Source: an uncultured virus (IMG/VR IMGVR_UViG_3300002170_000002) (Duplodnaviria; Heunggongvirae; Uroviricota; Caudoviricetes). Taken from it: a stretch of 64,000 nucleotides of DNA. The notes beneath the pieces are model-generated. The model ran no database searches. It was not told where the DNA came from and saw only the letters and a program-made list of their open reading frames with translations. The position numbers and the translations under genes were made by a program. Every line of letters starts with the position of its first letter. The first letter of the stretch is position 1. Positions 1-8,993 of this stretch are shown here, one piece after another. Where the stretch lies: IMG/VR virus record IMGVR_UViG_3300002170_000002, positions 1 to 64,000 of that record; one strand, written 5' to 3'.

Positions 1-59
1 ACCTCCTAGAAAAAATATTCTTACTCAGCATAATTAACCTTATGTTGATTATGTGTTGA

Positions 60-203
60 CTAATCTTCTAATAATCCTACAAGTTCCTCATATTCCTCCT
101 GACTAATTCTATTATTTAGTAAAAATACATCTAATTTTACTAACATATCATCTTTATCATAGTTGCCATTTTCAATTAATTGTTTACAAAGTCTATAAGT
201 CAT
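60..203 (-). CDS. Small phage protein (47 aa) of the type found after tail-fibre/DGR modules
   Basis: Not in the ORF track (too short). Hand translation MTYRLCKQLIENGNYDKDDMLVKLDVFLLNNRISQEEYEELVGLLED; start overlaps the end of the upstream gene. Confidence 0.75.
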   Translation of the reverse strand: MTYRLCKQLIENGNYDKDDMLVKLDVFLLNNRISQEEYEELVGLLED

Positions 204-360
204 TTATAGTTACCCCCATTTCTGATAGTGATTGCCTAAAGTCCAGATCCACTAATTGACTTAGCATTAGATCTTCCATCTCTTCTTTTGCTGCCTGTAG
301 AGCTAAATTTCTTTGTCTTTCAAGATGTATTTGCTCTTCTACTGATAGTTTAATACTCAT
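193..360 (-). CDS. Hypothetical small protein (MSIKLSVEEQIHLERQRNLALQ...)
   Basis: ORF track 193..387; better start at ATG 360, preceded by the SD sequence AAGGAGTGA. Confidence 0.7.
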   Translation of the reverse strand: MSIKLSVEEQIHLERQRNLALQAAKEEMEDLMLSQLVDLDFRQSLSEMGVTINDL

Positions 361-364
361 TAAA

Positions 365-505
365 TCACTCCTTCCATAAATTTTCATAATAGGAATCCAT
401 ACGTTTTATTAACTGATAAGAGTTTCCATTCTTAGCATGGGCCTTCCAAGATACATAACACTCATCAGCTTTTTCTCTGGTCATTCTCCTCTGCCTATAC
501 AGTAT
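365..505 (-). pseudogene. C-terminal remnant of a DGR-type reverse transcriptase
   Basis: Hand translation ILYRQRRMTREKADECYVSWKAHAKNGNSYQLIKRMDSYYENLWKE*, resembling the SW.(G/A)H...(G/A)NS terminus of Firmicutes phage DGR RTs. An in-frame stop lies just upstream and no catalytic core is present. Confidence 0.7.
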
Positions 506-511
506 CTAGTC

Positions 512-527
512 GCCCCCTTGCGGGGGC
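512..527 (-). other. DGR-type GC-rich hairpin/cruciform downstream of the variable region
   Basis: GCCCCC-GCAA-GGGGGC on the minus strand, 12 nt after the stop codon of the target gene. Confidence 0.7.
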
Positions 528-539
528 TGATTCTGGATG

Positions 540-1637
540 CTAGATTATCACGCAAGCGGGAGCCAACCCGATAGCACTGGTCGCACTGCTGCTGCCCACA
601 ATACCACTACCACCAACATCACGGGTACTATAAGCATTGGAAACGTAAGGTGACCTGAGCCACCAACGCCTAGGAGCACCAGATAAGAGCTTAATCCTTC
701 CCGGTATAGCATCATCTGTAGTAGGCCCTGCTGCTAATTTCTCATAATACTCATATGGTTCTTCTCCTGTAACATCTCCTACAGATCCAGTACCTCCATA
801 GACCTCTACTTGTGATAATAGAAATACCTTGTCACTAAAAGTATCCTGTCCTCCATCATCTGTTACAGTGTTTCTACCTACCTGTTTATCTACCGCCCCT
901 AATACAGCTGCTATATCTGGGTCTATGATATTTAGGAACCCCCCACCATTATAAGCTGCAGATGTTCCGGGCATATCAAAGTTAGTCTGAGGCACCCACT
1001 GAAATGTCTCTCTATCACTATTTAGCCATTGCCTAATATTACTCTCTAGGTAATTATTAGAACCATATCTACACCTCTGTTGATGATTAACTGGGGATAG
1101 GTTAGCAGACCCTGTACTCACTGATACTGTTATATCATCCTCTAATATAGTAACCCTATCAGCTCCATAGATTCTAGCCCTAGTAGGGGTATAGGGGTCA
1201 GTCCATGCATATAAATAGACTACCCCACCTTCAGGGATCTCTACTGTAGTAGTAAATTCGTACTTACCACTATCTATTTCAAATACCTTAACACCCGGAG
1301 CCATTGCAGAACTTGCATAATAAAGAGCTTCTGGTGCATCAAACTGTACGTTTTCTAGACAATCCCTAAACTGGATGGTCAAGCTATGGGGACTCTCATC
1401 TGTAGGAGTATCATGGTTAATACCTATAACCTCTAATATTTCTTCCTTACCTCGATAGTTCGCTTTTAATAAATCTCCTATCTTAATAAACTGCTCATGT
1501 ATGCCTGTTCTAACTAAGGTTTGTAAGTGTTTCCAATTCGTTATTTCAAACACTCCATTTTCTCTATTTGCGATTGCACTCAAAAGTAAATTCATAGTAT
1601 CTAACTGGTCTGCTCTTGGTAAATTAAATACCTCCAT
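540..1637 (-). CDS. DUF6273-like / C-type-lectin-fold DGR target protein, probable receptor-binding protein
   Basis: Motifs YGSNNYLESNIRQWLNS, DKVFLLS..EV and C-terminal WWLRSP...GLAPACVI. The last ~40 codons are rich in NNY codons (AGC AGC AGT GCG ACC AGT GCT ATC), as expected for a VR derived from an AAY-rich template. Confidence 0.85.
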   Translation of the reverse strand: MEVFNLPRADQLDTMNLLLSAIANRENGVFEITNWKHLQTLVRTGIHEQFIKIGDLLKANYRGKEEILEVIGINHDTPTDESPHSLTIQFRDCLENVQFDAPEALYYASSAMAPGVKVFEIDSGKYEFTTTVEIPEGGVVYLYAWTDPYTPTRARIYGADRVTILEDDITVSVSTGSANLSPVNHQQRCRYGSNNYLESNIRQWLNSDRETFQWVPQTNFDMPGTSAAYNGGGFLNIIDPDIAAVLGAVDKQVGRNTVTDDGGQDTFSDKVFLLSQVEVYGGTGSVGDVTGEEPYEYYEKLAAGPTTDDAIPGRIKLLSGAPRRWWLRSPYVSNAYSTRDVGGSGIVGSSSATSAIGLAPACVII

Positions 1638-2032
1638 TATATCACTTCCTCGAATATTATTTGTGGACTCCCTCCATCTGACACTTGGAATCCAAATTTG
1701 TATGTTTTATTTTGCACTTTGTTCTCGAACCTATGTGGCATATAATCTAACTTATGTTGAGTGAAGTCTTGCGTCATATTATTCAACTGCGCATCAGTCG
1801 AATCCAGCCTCTCCTCCACCGTATCAAATTGAGCCTGTATACCATCGACATCAGCATCCTTGCCGTCTTTGCCATGTAAAGACAGCAACCATTCTTCTAA
1901 TGTACCATCAAACCCTCTCTCTACTGCCAAATCATAAGCAGACTTCCCTTCCATAACGACATCAATGATAATCTCTTGCGAATCTTTATCTGTAATAGGG
2001 ATTTGGGTTTCTATTTTTCCGTTGTTCTCCAC
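1637..2032 (-). CDS. Tail-fibre-associated protein
   Basis: Contains GKSAYDLAVERGFDGTLEEWLLSLHGKDG, a motif common in phage fibre/baseplate proteins; SD AGGAGG. Confidence 0.7.
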   Translation of the reverse strand: MENNGKIETQIPITDKDSQEIIIDVVMEGKSAYDLAVERGFDGTLEEWLLSLHGKDGKDADVDGIQAQFDTVEERLDSTDAQLNNMTQDFTQHKLDYMPHRFENKVQNKTYKFGFQVSDGGSPQIIFEEVI

Positions 2033-2048
2033 TATCTACACCTCCTAT

Positions 2049-2189
2049 TTATCTTGCCTTCCTTAAAGTTCCATCAACTTTTGCGTACACAGCTGTTGCC
2101 TTCCTTAAAGTTCCACCAATTTTCACATACACGGCTTTACTCTTCCTAAGAGAACCAGCAACTTTTGCCCATAAAGCAAATCCATCCAT
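2049..2189 (-). CDS. 46-aa basic protein made of three 13-aa repeats
   Basis: Not in the ORF track. MDGFALWAKVAGSLRKSKAVYVKIGGTLRKATAVYAKVDGTLRKAR; fills the gap between two genes; 39-bp DNA periodicity. Confidence 0.7.
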   Translation of the reverse strand: MDGFALWAKVAGSLRKSKAVYVKIGGTLRKATAVYAKVDGTLRKAR

Positions 2190-2207
2190 TTTTCTCTACC
2201 CCCAATC

Positions 2208-3518
2208 TTAATACTGAATATAGATATCCCCATCTTCCAAACTTGAAGCAGAGGGAACAGAAGTACCAACTTTAATAGTAGCCACATCTGCATAACCTTC
2301 ATCGCTACCCCTTTTCACCTTAAAGAATCCTGTGGTGAAAAGTGCAATTCCATTTCCTTGGCTGTCAACTATCTTGATAGGACTATTAGATGCGTCACTA
2401 TATCCGACATATCCTAAACTCGTATAATAATTATTATAAAATTCAAGATAACTTGACCCTGTAGCAGAATCACCCTGTACACGGGGGTATTTACCTAACT
2501 TTGCGTTAACAACATTATCTAAAGCATTAGGTAAGTCACTTTTCAGGGCTACTGAAGAACCATTAACTCTTACATCAGCATCATTAGTGGTTTTAAGATT
2601 AATATTACCATTGTAACCTGCTTGGATATTTACATTCTTAGTAGAACCCAATGCCTTTACCTCAACATCCCCTCCAGTACCAGACCAGCTTCTTAAAGAA
2701 GTGACTGAAGAATCTGCATAAATCAATCCGTAAGTATCCCCATTTTGTCCGTAAAACTTAAGCATAGGGTAATCAGTGCCCCCAGTTCCTTTTGCATGAA
2801 CCCCGGGCATATAGCCTAAGTTCAATTGGTCAGAACTGGTAGTTCCCGGCTTACTTAACTTATTATCCATCTGCCCTAACAGATTACCCAGATTATCATT
2901 TAACACTTTCCCTTGATTAGCTGACAATGCAGAAGTGGTGGAGGTACTGGTTAATGAGTCTGTTACAAGAGTTCTGTTAGCGTTTGCAGCAATTCCATCT
3001 AACTTAGACTTATCATCGGTAGACATAAATCCAGCAGAGGAGGTGGTTGCATTAGTGTGAGTATGATTTGAAGGAGCCTTAGCATCAATCATACCTTTCA
3101 ACAACCTACCTTGGTTAGCAGAAAGAGCTATTGTGGATGAGGTAGAGGATAATCCATCTGTTACGTAGGTTTCTGTTGCATTATTACTAATCCCATCCAA
3201 TTTTGTCTTATCTGAAGATGACATAAACCCATTACTTGCAGAGGTAGCAGGAGTATGAATATGGGATGCACTTGCTTTAGCATCTAAAGCATTCTGTAGT
3301 CCAGTAATATTAGAAATAGAGTGGCTGTGAGAAGAGCTTGCTTTTCCATTTAAAGCACTCTGTAATCCAGTTATATTAGCAATGGTATGGGTATGGCTTA
3401 AAGGGGCTTTCCCAGTATCTACATCCTTTATACCTTGCTCTATTCTATTCATATCTGCTGGTAATACAATATTATCTATTGCCCAGTTTGTCTTTGCATT
3501 ATAAGCCACTTTGTTCAC
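2208..3518 (-). CDS. Tail fibre protein
   Basis: N-terminal DMNRIEQGI; repeated H.H.I.NITGLQ.AL, GFMS..DK.KLDGI and D.L.STS...ALSANQG motifs; C-terminal GDIYIQY. Confidence 0.85.
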   Translation of the reverse strand: MNKVAYNAKTNWAIDNIVLPADMNRIEQGIKDVDTGKAPLSHTHTIANITGLQSALNGKASSSHSHSISNITGLQNALDAKASASHIHTPATSASNGFMSSSDKTKLDGISNNATETYVTDGLSSTSSTIALSANQGRLLKGMIDAKAPSNHTHTNATTSSAGFMSTDDKSKLDGIAANANRTLVTDSLTSTSTTSALSANQGKVLNDNLGNLLGQMDNKLSKPGTTSSDQLNLGYMPGVHAKGTGGTDYPMLKFYGQNGDTYGLIYADSSVTSLRSWSGTGGDVEVKALGSTKNVNIQAGYNGNINLKTTNDADVRVNGSSVALKSDLPNALDNVVNAKLGKYPRVQGDSATGSSYLEFYNNYYTSLGYVGYSDASNSPIKIVDSQGNGIALFTTGFFKVKRGSDEGYADVATIKVGTSVPSASSLEDGDIYIQY

Positions 3519-3553
3519 CCCCCAAATTAATTACTTTCATTTCTATCTTCCCC

Positions 3554-4984
3554 CTAATTAGATGTCACAGGGATTCTATGACGAATTTGAGTATCATCAG
3601 GAACAGGGATAAAGAGATTAGTCGTAGACAATACATTATTTTCATCATCCATTAACTCAATCTTCGTTACATTATCCACCGAACCAAATGCTACATCATA
3701 AATGATATTGGCTTCATTCTCATCTACAGTCTTACTCGTAAAAGTGGTGATGATATGACTGCCATTAATTCTAACTTTTGTAGTCGCCCCTATAATAAAT
3801 TGAGCAACCTTGTGATGCATAGCTGGCGTTATACTTTTAACAGCCAAACTCTTCACCTCCCCTTTATCTTCAAAACTCAGGAAGGGCTTCCTCCCTAAGA
3901 CCCATCTTGTACCCAGCCTATAATTGTACAAATATTGCGACATATGGATAGATTCATTTACATAAAGATTAGATATATCCACAGGTCGATTAATGTATAG
4001 CATACTGGCTGGTTTTACATTATTAATTGTAATAAACAACTCTTCTGCCCATGCTTGTGAAGTGGAAGTATTTTCTACAATGATTGCAGAATTTTCATAG
4101 TCAATCTCTAAAGTGTAGTTTCCTTCCCCTAATATTTCATCCAATCGATTCTGAATAAACTTTACAGTAAAAGGGGGGTTAAGAGATTGTCTATTGAGTA
4201 ATCTTTCTCTTCTGGTAGTAAAGATATCTATTTCCTTATGGTAAGATACCTTTCCTCCCCCCTCATAAACAAATAGGAGGATGCCATCTAAAAGACCACT
4301 CTTGTTAATCCCATCAATAAACTCTACATCTACACCGCCCTCAACTTCATAAACAGCCAAATCAATTAGAGAATTGGTAACAATACTATCCATAAAATCT
4401 TCTCTACTGATTTCTATTTCCCTAAGACCTTCTTGAGGAATTATATACACTTTCTTCCCATCAAAATTCCAGACCTTTACCTCATGCCCCAACGCAGTCA
4501 GTGTGGATATCTTTACTTCTTTATCTGCTGGAACCGTTAACTCCATTGAGTGTTGACGTGTGTGATTATCAAACGGTAAAACGTAATTATCTGTCTCCGA
4601 CCCACCTGCAAGGACTTCAACATACCCACCACATTCACCGATTGCTTTCATATTCAGCTGGACTTTCATCTCCGTACCCGGAACCGTCACATTGAAGTTA
4701 GGTCTCTCAATATATTCACCAATGTGAGAAACCATTTGCCTAATATCATAGTAGATAGAAGCATTTACACCAAACAGATGCTCATACATCTTTAGGACAG
4801 TATCCCCAGCACCCATTATGGTATTAGCCCCAGCTACTTGTTTCGTTTCAATTGCAGCTCTACTAAATTCTAATCTTTCCGTCTGCAATAACTCATCTAA
4901 AGGTTTCGTATATCGAAAATGATGGGGGAGAAGATATGTTAAATCTTGTGGTTTATTTAGTAAATCTCTTGTGTCCTTATTCAA
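3554..4984 (-). CDS. Baseplate protein (DUF2313/YmfQ-like), enlarged
   Basis: Follows baseplate J; motifs RRERLLNR...PPFT...L and NNVKPASM. Confidence 0.7.
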   Translation of the reverse strand: MNKDTRDLLNKPQDLTYLLPHHFRYTKPLDELLQTERLEFSRAAIETKQVAGANTIMGAGDTVLKMYEHLFGVNASIYYDIRQMVSHIGEYIERPNFNVTVPGTEMKVQLNMKAIGECGGYVEVLAGGSETDNYVLPFDNHTRQHSMELTVPADKEVKISTLTALGHEVKVWNFDGKKVYIIPQEGLREIEISREDFMDSIVTNSLIDLAVYEVEGGVDVEFIDGINKSGLLDGILLFVYEGGGKVSYHKEIDIFTTRRERLLNRQSLNPPFTVKFIQNRLDEILGEGNYTLEIDYENSAIIVENTSTSQAWAEELFITINNVKPASMLYINRPVDISNLYVNESIHMSQYLYNYRLGTRWVLGRKPFLSFEDKGEVKSLAVKSITPAMHHKVAQFIIGATTKVRINGSHIITTFTSKTVDENEANIIYDVAFGSVDNVTKIELMDDENNVLSTTNLFIPVPDDTQIRHRIPVTSN

Positions 4985-4999
4985 TTTTCCTCACCCCCA

Positions 5000-6169
5000 T
5001 TAGTTTGTCACATTAATTGAACCTAATACTGGAACCTCTTGTTTCGCAGGTGATTGCTCTAAAACAATATCTGTTTGTCCTGTGGGGTTATCAGTCCTTC
5101 CCAATCGTAAATCAGTAACACTCACAACCCCATTTACTTGGGAGATAGAAGAAAGTAATTGAGAATAATATATCTTACTTTCATACCTACCAATAGAATT
5201 AGCAGTATCCCATTGCTTCTTTATACTATCAAAATAATCATTCACTGCTTGAGTAATGGAAGATTCTATCTGCTGTAAGGTGTATCCCCCAGCCATTGAT
5301 ACCTGCACAGATATATGAATAGAGGCTTCTGAACCAGAAGTAATCCTTACTTTATGATTAATGGGAGCTAATCCAACCCCCTCTCCTTCACTATCTTCTG
5401 GGTCAATTAATTCCTTTAATGTACCGATATAGGATGCACTCACAGGTTTATAGGTATTGTCTAACACACTTACAACCACCGTACCAGCTCCATCCCCCGC
5501 AGGATAGATTTGGGCTGCCCCTACACCACTAATGGATAGAAACATCTCACGATATTGAGCAATATTCCCACCAAATGCTTGGTTCAGTGTACTTTCTATA
5601 ATTCTGTCTCTAAAAATATCATCTGATTCTTTATCCCTTCCACTGACTAACACAGAAGTTAGATTACTAATTCCTATGTTCGTAATAAAGCTAATGGGAA
5701 CCAATTCCCCTAAGTAAGTGTTACCAATCGTACCTACTGACTCAGCTTCAAATACATAGTTTCCTCCACCCCTATCTTCTACAATGACATAGGATATATC
5801 TTCTGCACTGTATTTAGCAGAGAACCTCGTACCAATCGCTACCTGCATAGGGTCTCCTGTATGGTTCGTAACGGAACCTAACAACCGAGCCTTCGTAGCA
5901 TGGAATCTGGACAACCCTTGCCCTGCCCCAATCAAGTCTAAGCTCTCAGCCTGAGCTGTCAACAGGTTATTATTTAATTTCACATCCCTAAGGGCTTCAT
6001 AGTATTCTGCCAACTTATAGCAAGCAGGAGCTAAGGCAATAAAGATTAACGACCCTTGTCTTTTATCTATTGAATCAGGTACTCTACTTAAAGCATCTGA
6101 CAATATTTCATCATACGTAGGGTAGGTTTCATTCATTAATAAATCTACTAACCATTGAAAATCAGCCAT
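5000..6169 (-). CDS. Baseplate J-like protein
   Basis: DKRQGSLI..ALAP, G.DKESDD.FRDR, FGGNIAQY and GVGLAPINHKV motifs. Confidence 0.9.
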   Translation of the reverse strand: MADFQWLVDLLMNETYPTYDEILSDALSRVPDSIDKRQGSLIFIALAPACYKLAEYYEALRDVKLNNNLLTAQAESLDLIGAGQGLSRFHATKARLLGSVTNHTGDPMQVAIGTRFSAKYSAEDISYVIVEDRGGGNYVFEAESVGTIGNTYLGELVPISFITNIGISNLTSVLVSGRDKESDDIFRDRIIESTLNQAFGGNIAQYREMFLSISGVGAAQIYPAGDGAGTVVVSVLDNTYKPVSASYIGTLKELIDPEDSEGEGVGLAPINHKVRITSGSEASIHISVQVSMAGGYTLQQIESSITQAVNDYFDSIKKQWDTANSIGRYESKIYYSQLLSSISQVNGVVSVTDLRLGRTDNPTGQTDIVLEQSPAKQEVPVLGSINVTN

Positions 6170-6181
6170 TCTCTCACCCCC

Positions 6182-6619
6182 TTAACTATAATTAAAAGAT
6201 AGATTTACTACAGATTGCTGAGTAAACACATCCTCTATGTAAATCGTAACTAACGCTACACCAGATTCAATCTCTTGCACCACCACCTCATCAACGGAAG
6301 TAATTCTATCATCCATTATTAAGGCTTCTCTAATTCTTTGGGGGAGAAGAGTTCTAACATCATCAATGGTATTGCCTATAATACCATCAAAATCAACACC
6401 ATAATCTCGATTAAAGATAGGATAGGTATATCTCTCTGTCATCAAAATAAAGAAGATACTTTGCTCCAAGGCATCTCTATCTGCTACAGTACCAACAATG
6501 GTATCCCTTTCTTTTACATATCTAAAAGTTAAATCAGAGAATGTAGAGCGTGTAAAATAATCATCTGTCATCAGATTATAATCATTTTCATTGTATCTTT
6601 CATTTAATCTTTCTTCCAT
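6182..6619 (-). CDS. Baseplate wedge protein (XkdS/DUF2634-like)
   Basis: ALEQSI..ILMTERY.YPIF..DYG and IREALIMDDRITSV motifs. Confidence 0.85.
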   Translation of the reverse strand: MEERLNERYNENDYNLMTDDYFTRSTFSDLTFRYVKERDTIVGTVADRDALEQSIFFILMTERYTYPIFNRDYGVDFDGIIGNTIDDVRTLLPQRIREALIMDDRITSVDEVVVQEIESGVALVTIYIEDVFTQQSVVNLSFNYS

Positions 6620-6637
6620 TTTAACCTCCTATTAGCT

Positions 6638-6904
6638 CTACACCTTGTTCAGTATATACTTAATCCCTGATTGCTTATCTACTAACAGGATAACCTTATC
6701 TCCCGTATCAAGAGATTCAATAGCGGGGTTGATAGTTAATTGAGAACCATCATACCCCATACCATCAGACATGAGCACATAAAGGGGAGAAGATTTCGTA
6801 ACCCTACCGTAGGATAAGTTACATGAACCACCCACCTGCCTCACTACATCTTTCATAATTTTCAGAATGACATTTGCATCACGAAATGAACTCATACCTA
6901 TCAC
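6638..6904 (-). CDS. Baseplate spike-like protein (XkdR/DUF2577-like)
   Basis: YGRV....PL.V and L..GDKVILL.....KYIL.KV motifs; synteny. Confidence 0.7.
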   Translation of the reverse strand: MIGMSSFRDANVILKIMKDVVRQVGGSCNLSYGRVTKSSPLYVLMSDGMGYDGSQLTINPAIESLDTGDKVILLVDKQSGIKYILNKV

Positions 6905-7929
6905 CGAATTGTCGTTTCAAATATATCCCCTAAGAGATTCAGGTCTACTGTATAATCCCTTGCAGTTATATTATGAGTAATACTGTCTATTAAAAAAGGT
7001 CTACCATTTAACCCAAACTTTCCTAATTTATTAAAGTTAACTAAAACCCCATCTCCAGCTCTAAGGGGAAGCAGACTACTGTGACCTACCAGACTGACAT
7101 CAAATGTATTTTTGACTACATTCTTACTATTTAGAATATTCTTAGCCTTGTCTTTAATCTGAGATAGGTTCATCTCTTCAGAAGAAGTCTCTACAGTAGT
7201 GATTCTTCCATACATCTTCTTTGCCCTATTATCTACAGCTGTAACTACGTGACGAACTTTATCTTCATTGTTTTCATGAATTAACTTTACTTCTGTTACT
7301 ACATCCTCAGCACTTCTTGTAATATTATAAGAGGTAGCCAGAGATGTATCGCCAATAATTAATACTCTTTTTGTCCGATTATATTCTAATACTACATTAA
7401 TTAACTGTACGTTCCCACTTCCATCATCTCTCATCACCCACATTCCATATCCTGCTAACAAGGCTCTGTCAAAAGCATCTTGTACCACAGAGAAGTAGGT
7501 TGAGTTTTCAGTCATAATTCTGGGTGGTACATAGGTACATTCATCCACTACGATTGTAGTAACCTCTACCATACTCCCAGTAGACTTAAAGATGTGGGAT
7601 ACATTCTTATTTTGGTAGGATAAAAGGTTACTACCTTTCCAGAAATACAAACTATCATAACAAGTGTATGAAACAGTACCGTCAGAGGAAGTGCTCTCAG
7701 CATAGACTCTACCTGTGAAGAACCTCTCTCCATTCACCCAAACTTTAATAATACTACCAATGGTAATGAAGATAGGATGATAAGCAACAACAACTTCACA
7801 TCTTCCCGGGGTACTTTCCAGTGATAAAGATTTGGTGATACTTATAACCTTTTCAGACATTGTATGCTTAGCTGTATTCATGAAATCATGTATCTCTACA
7901 ATCACTTTATTAATAGGCTTACCCATCAC
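6901..7929 (-). CDS. Baseplate hub protein (XkdQ/YqbQ-like)
   Basis: Size, position and motifs F.G.V...YTCYD.L.Y, YG.I..V and LRAGDGV. Confidence 0.8.
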   Translation of the reverse strand: MMGKPINKVIVEIHDFMNTAKHTMSEKVISITKSLSLESTPGRCEVVVAYHPIFITIGSIIKVWVNGERFFTGRVYAESTSSDGTVSYTCYDSLYFWKGSNLLSYQNKNVSHIFKSTGSMVEVTTIVVDECTYVPPRIMTENSTYFSVVQDAFDRALLAGYGMWVMRDDGSGNVQLINVVLEYNRTKRVLIIGDTSLATSYNITRSAEDVVTEVKLIHENNEDKVRHVVTAVDNRAKKMYGRITTVETSSEEMNLSQIKDKAKNILNSKNVVKNTFDVSLVGHSSLLPLRAGDGVLVNFNKLGKFGLNGRPFLIDSITHNITARDYTVDLNLLGDIFETTIR

Positions 7930-8092
7930 CCACCTCCTTATACCTATTTCGGTCTACCGTCTCTAAACTCGGCTCTACAGGGGGGTTTATTAGCACAGAA
8001 TTGATTCTGGAGCATAGCCCCTTTACCAAACACCCCCTGACAGCCTTCTAATTAAAATATACTATACGTGTCTTAATTAGTTAACAAATTAA

Positions 8093-8980
8093 CTAAGCGT
8101 GTTTTAATTGTGAAGCAGCTACCCACCCTTGCCATGTACCACCTAAGGTAGCTAAGTGATAAGGTCTGGTTGCACCTGACTTCACTCTTTCTATCTTATA
8201 TACTACACCAGCCTTTGCATTTCCCCTTGCCCCAGAACCGTCTGAGGAAGCAGTCCAAATGCCGGTTGCTGTTACTCTATCCCCCGTAGCAAACTTTCCA
8301 CTATTAGGGGGAGAAGAGGGATTAGACACAGGAGGAGCAATAATCTTACCCGTATTAGCATCAATTTTTGTGGTAATAGCACTTATAATTGCAGCTTCAT
8401 GATACTCTTTGAATGATAAACTAAAATATACATCCCCCGTACCATGTCGATAAGTGTGGGTAAATGATTGGATAGTAAAAATATCCGCTTTCCCCTTCCT
8501 TGCATCTAACCCCCAAAAGAATACACGAATTGGGAGCCCATATTCCATTGCCGTCTCAAAAAACTTAATATAGTTTTGCTGGTCTAAATACACAGCCTGC
8601 TCATTAAACTTCCCTATCTGGGAAGTCATATGAATATTCTTCTGCACACGGTCATAGGGCATTGTAAAAGGGTAATTATGATAATCTTGGGGGAAGAAAG
8701 AAACTATAGTAAATTCTTCAGGAGAATTCGTATTTAATAGTGTAACCTCCTTCCCATTAATTACCTTATGGGTTGTATGTTCTGCGGTTGTCTCAAAAGA
8801 TAATTCTTCTGGTAGTACAGGCAAAACACAGGAAGTGGAAGAAGTCTGAAAAGAAATCAATGTATGAAAGTGCTGGTCTCCTTTCTCTCTTCCAGCTAAC
8901 CAATCCTTTCCAGCTACAATATCCCATCTGTAATTTCCTCTTACACTATGCTCAGAAGCATAAGGATAGTTATATGTCAT
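8093..8980 (-). CDS. Tail tube initiator (XkdP-like) with a C-terminal SH3-like cell-wall-binding domain
   Basis: LPV.PEEL, SFFP and GD.YFSLSFKEY motifs; C-terminal F..GDRV...PYHL....GWV. Confidence 0.75.
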   Translation of the reverse strand: MTYNYPYASEHSVRGNYRWDIVAGKDWLAGREKGDQHFHTLISFQTSSTSCVLPVLPEELSFETTAEHTTHKVINGKEVTLLNTNSPEEFTIVSFFPQDYHNYPFTMPYDRVQKNIHMTSQIGKFNEQAVYLDQQNYIKFFETAMEYGLPIRVFFWGLDARKGKADIFTIQSFTHTYRHGTGDVYFSLSFKEYHEAAIISAITTKIDANTGKIIAPPVSNPSSPPNSGKFATGDRVTATGIWTASSDGSGARGNAKAGVVYKIERVKSGATRPYHLATLGGTWQGWVAASQLKHA

Positions 8981-8993
8981 CTCTCCACCTCCT

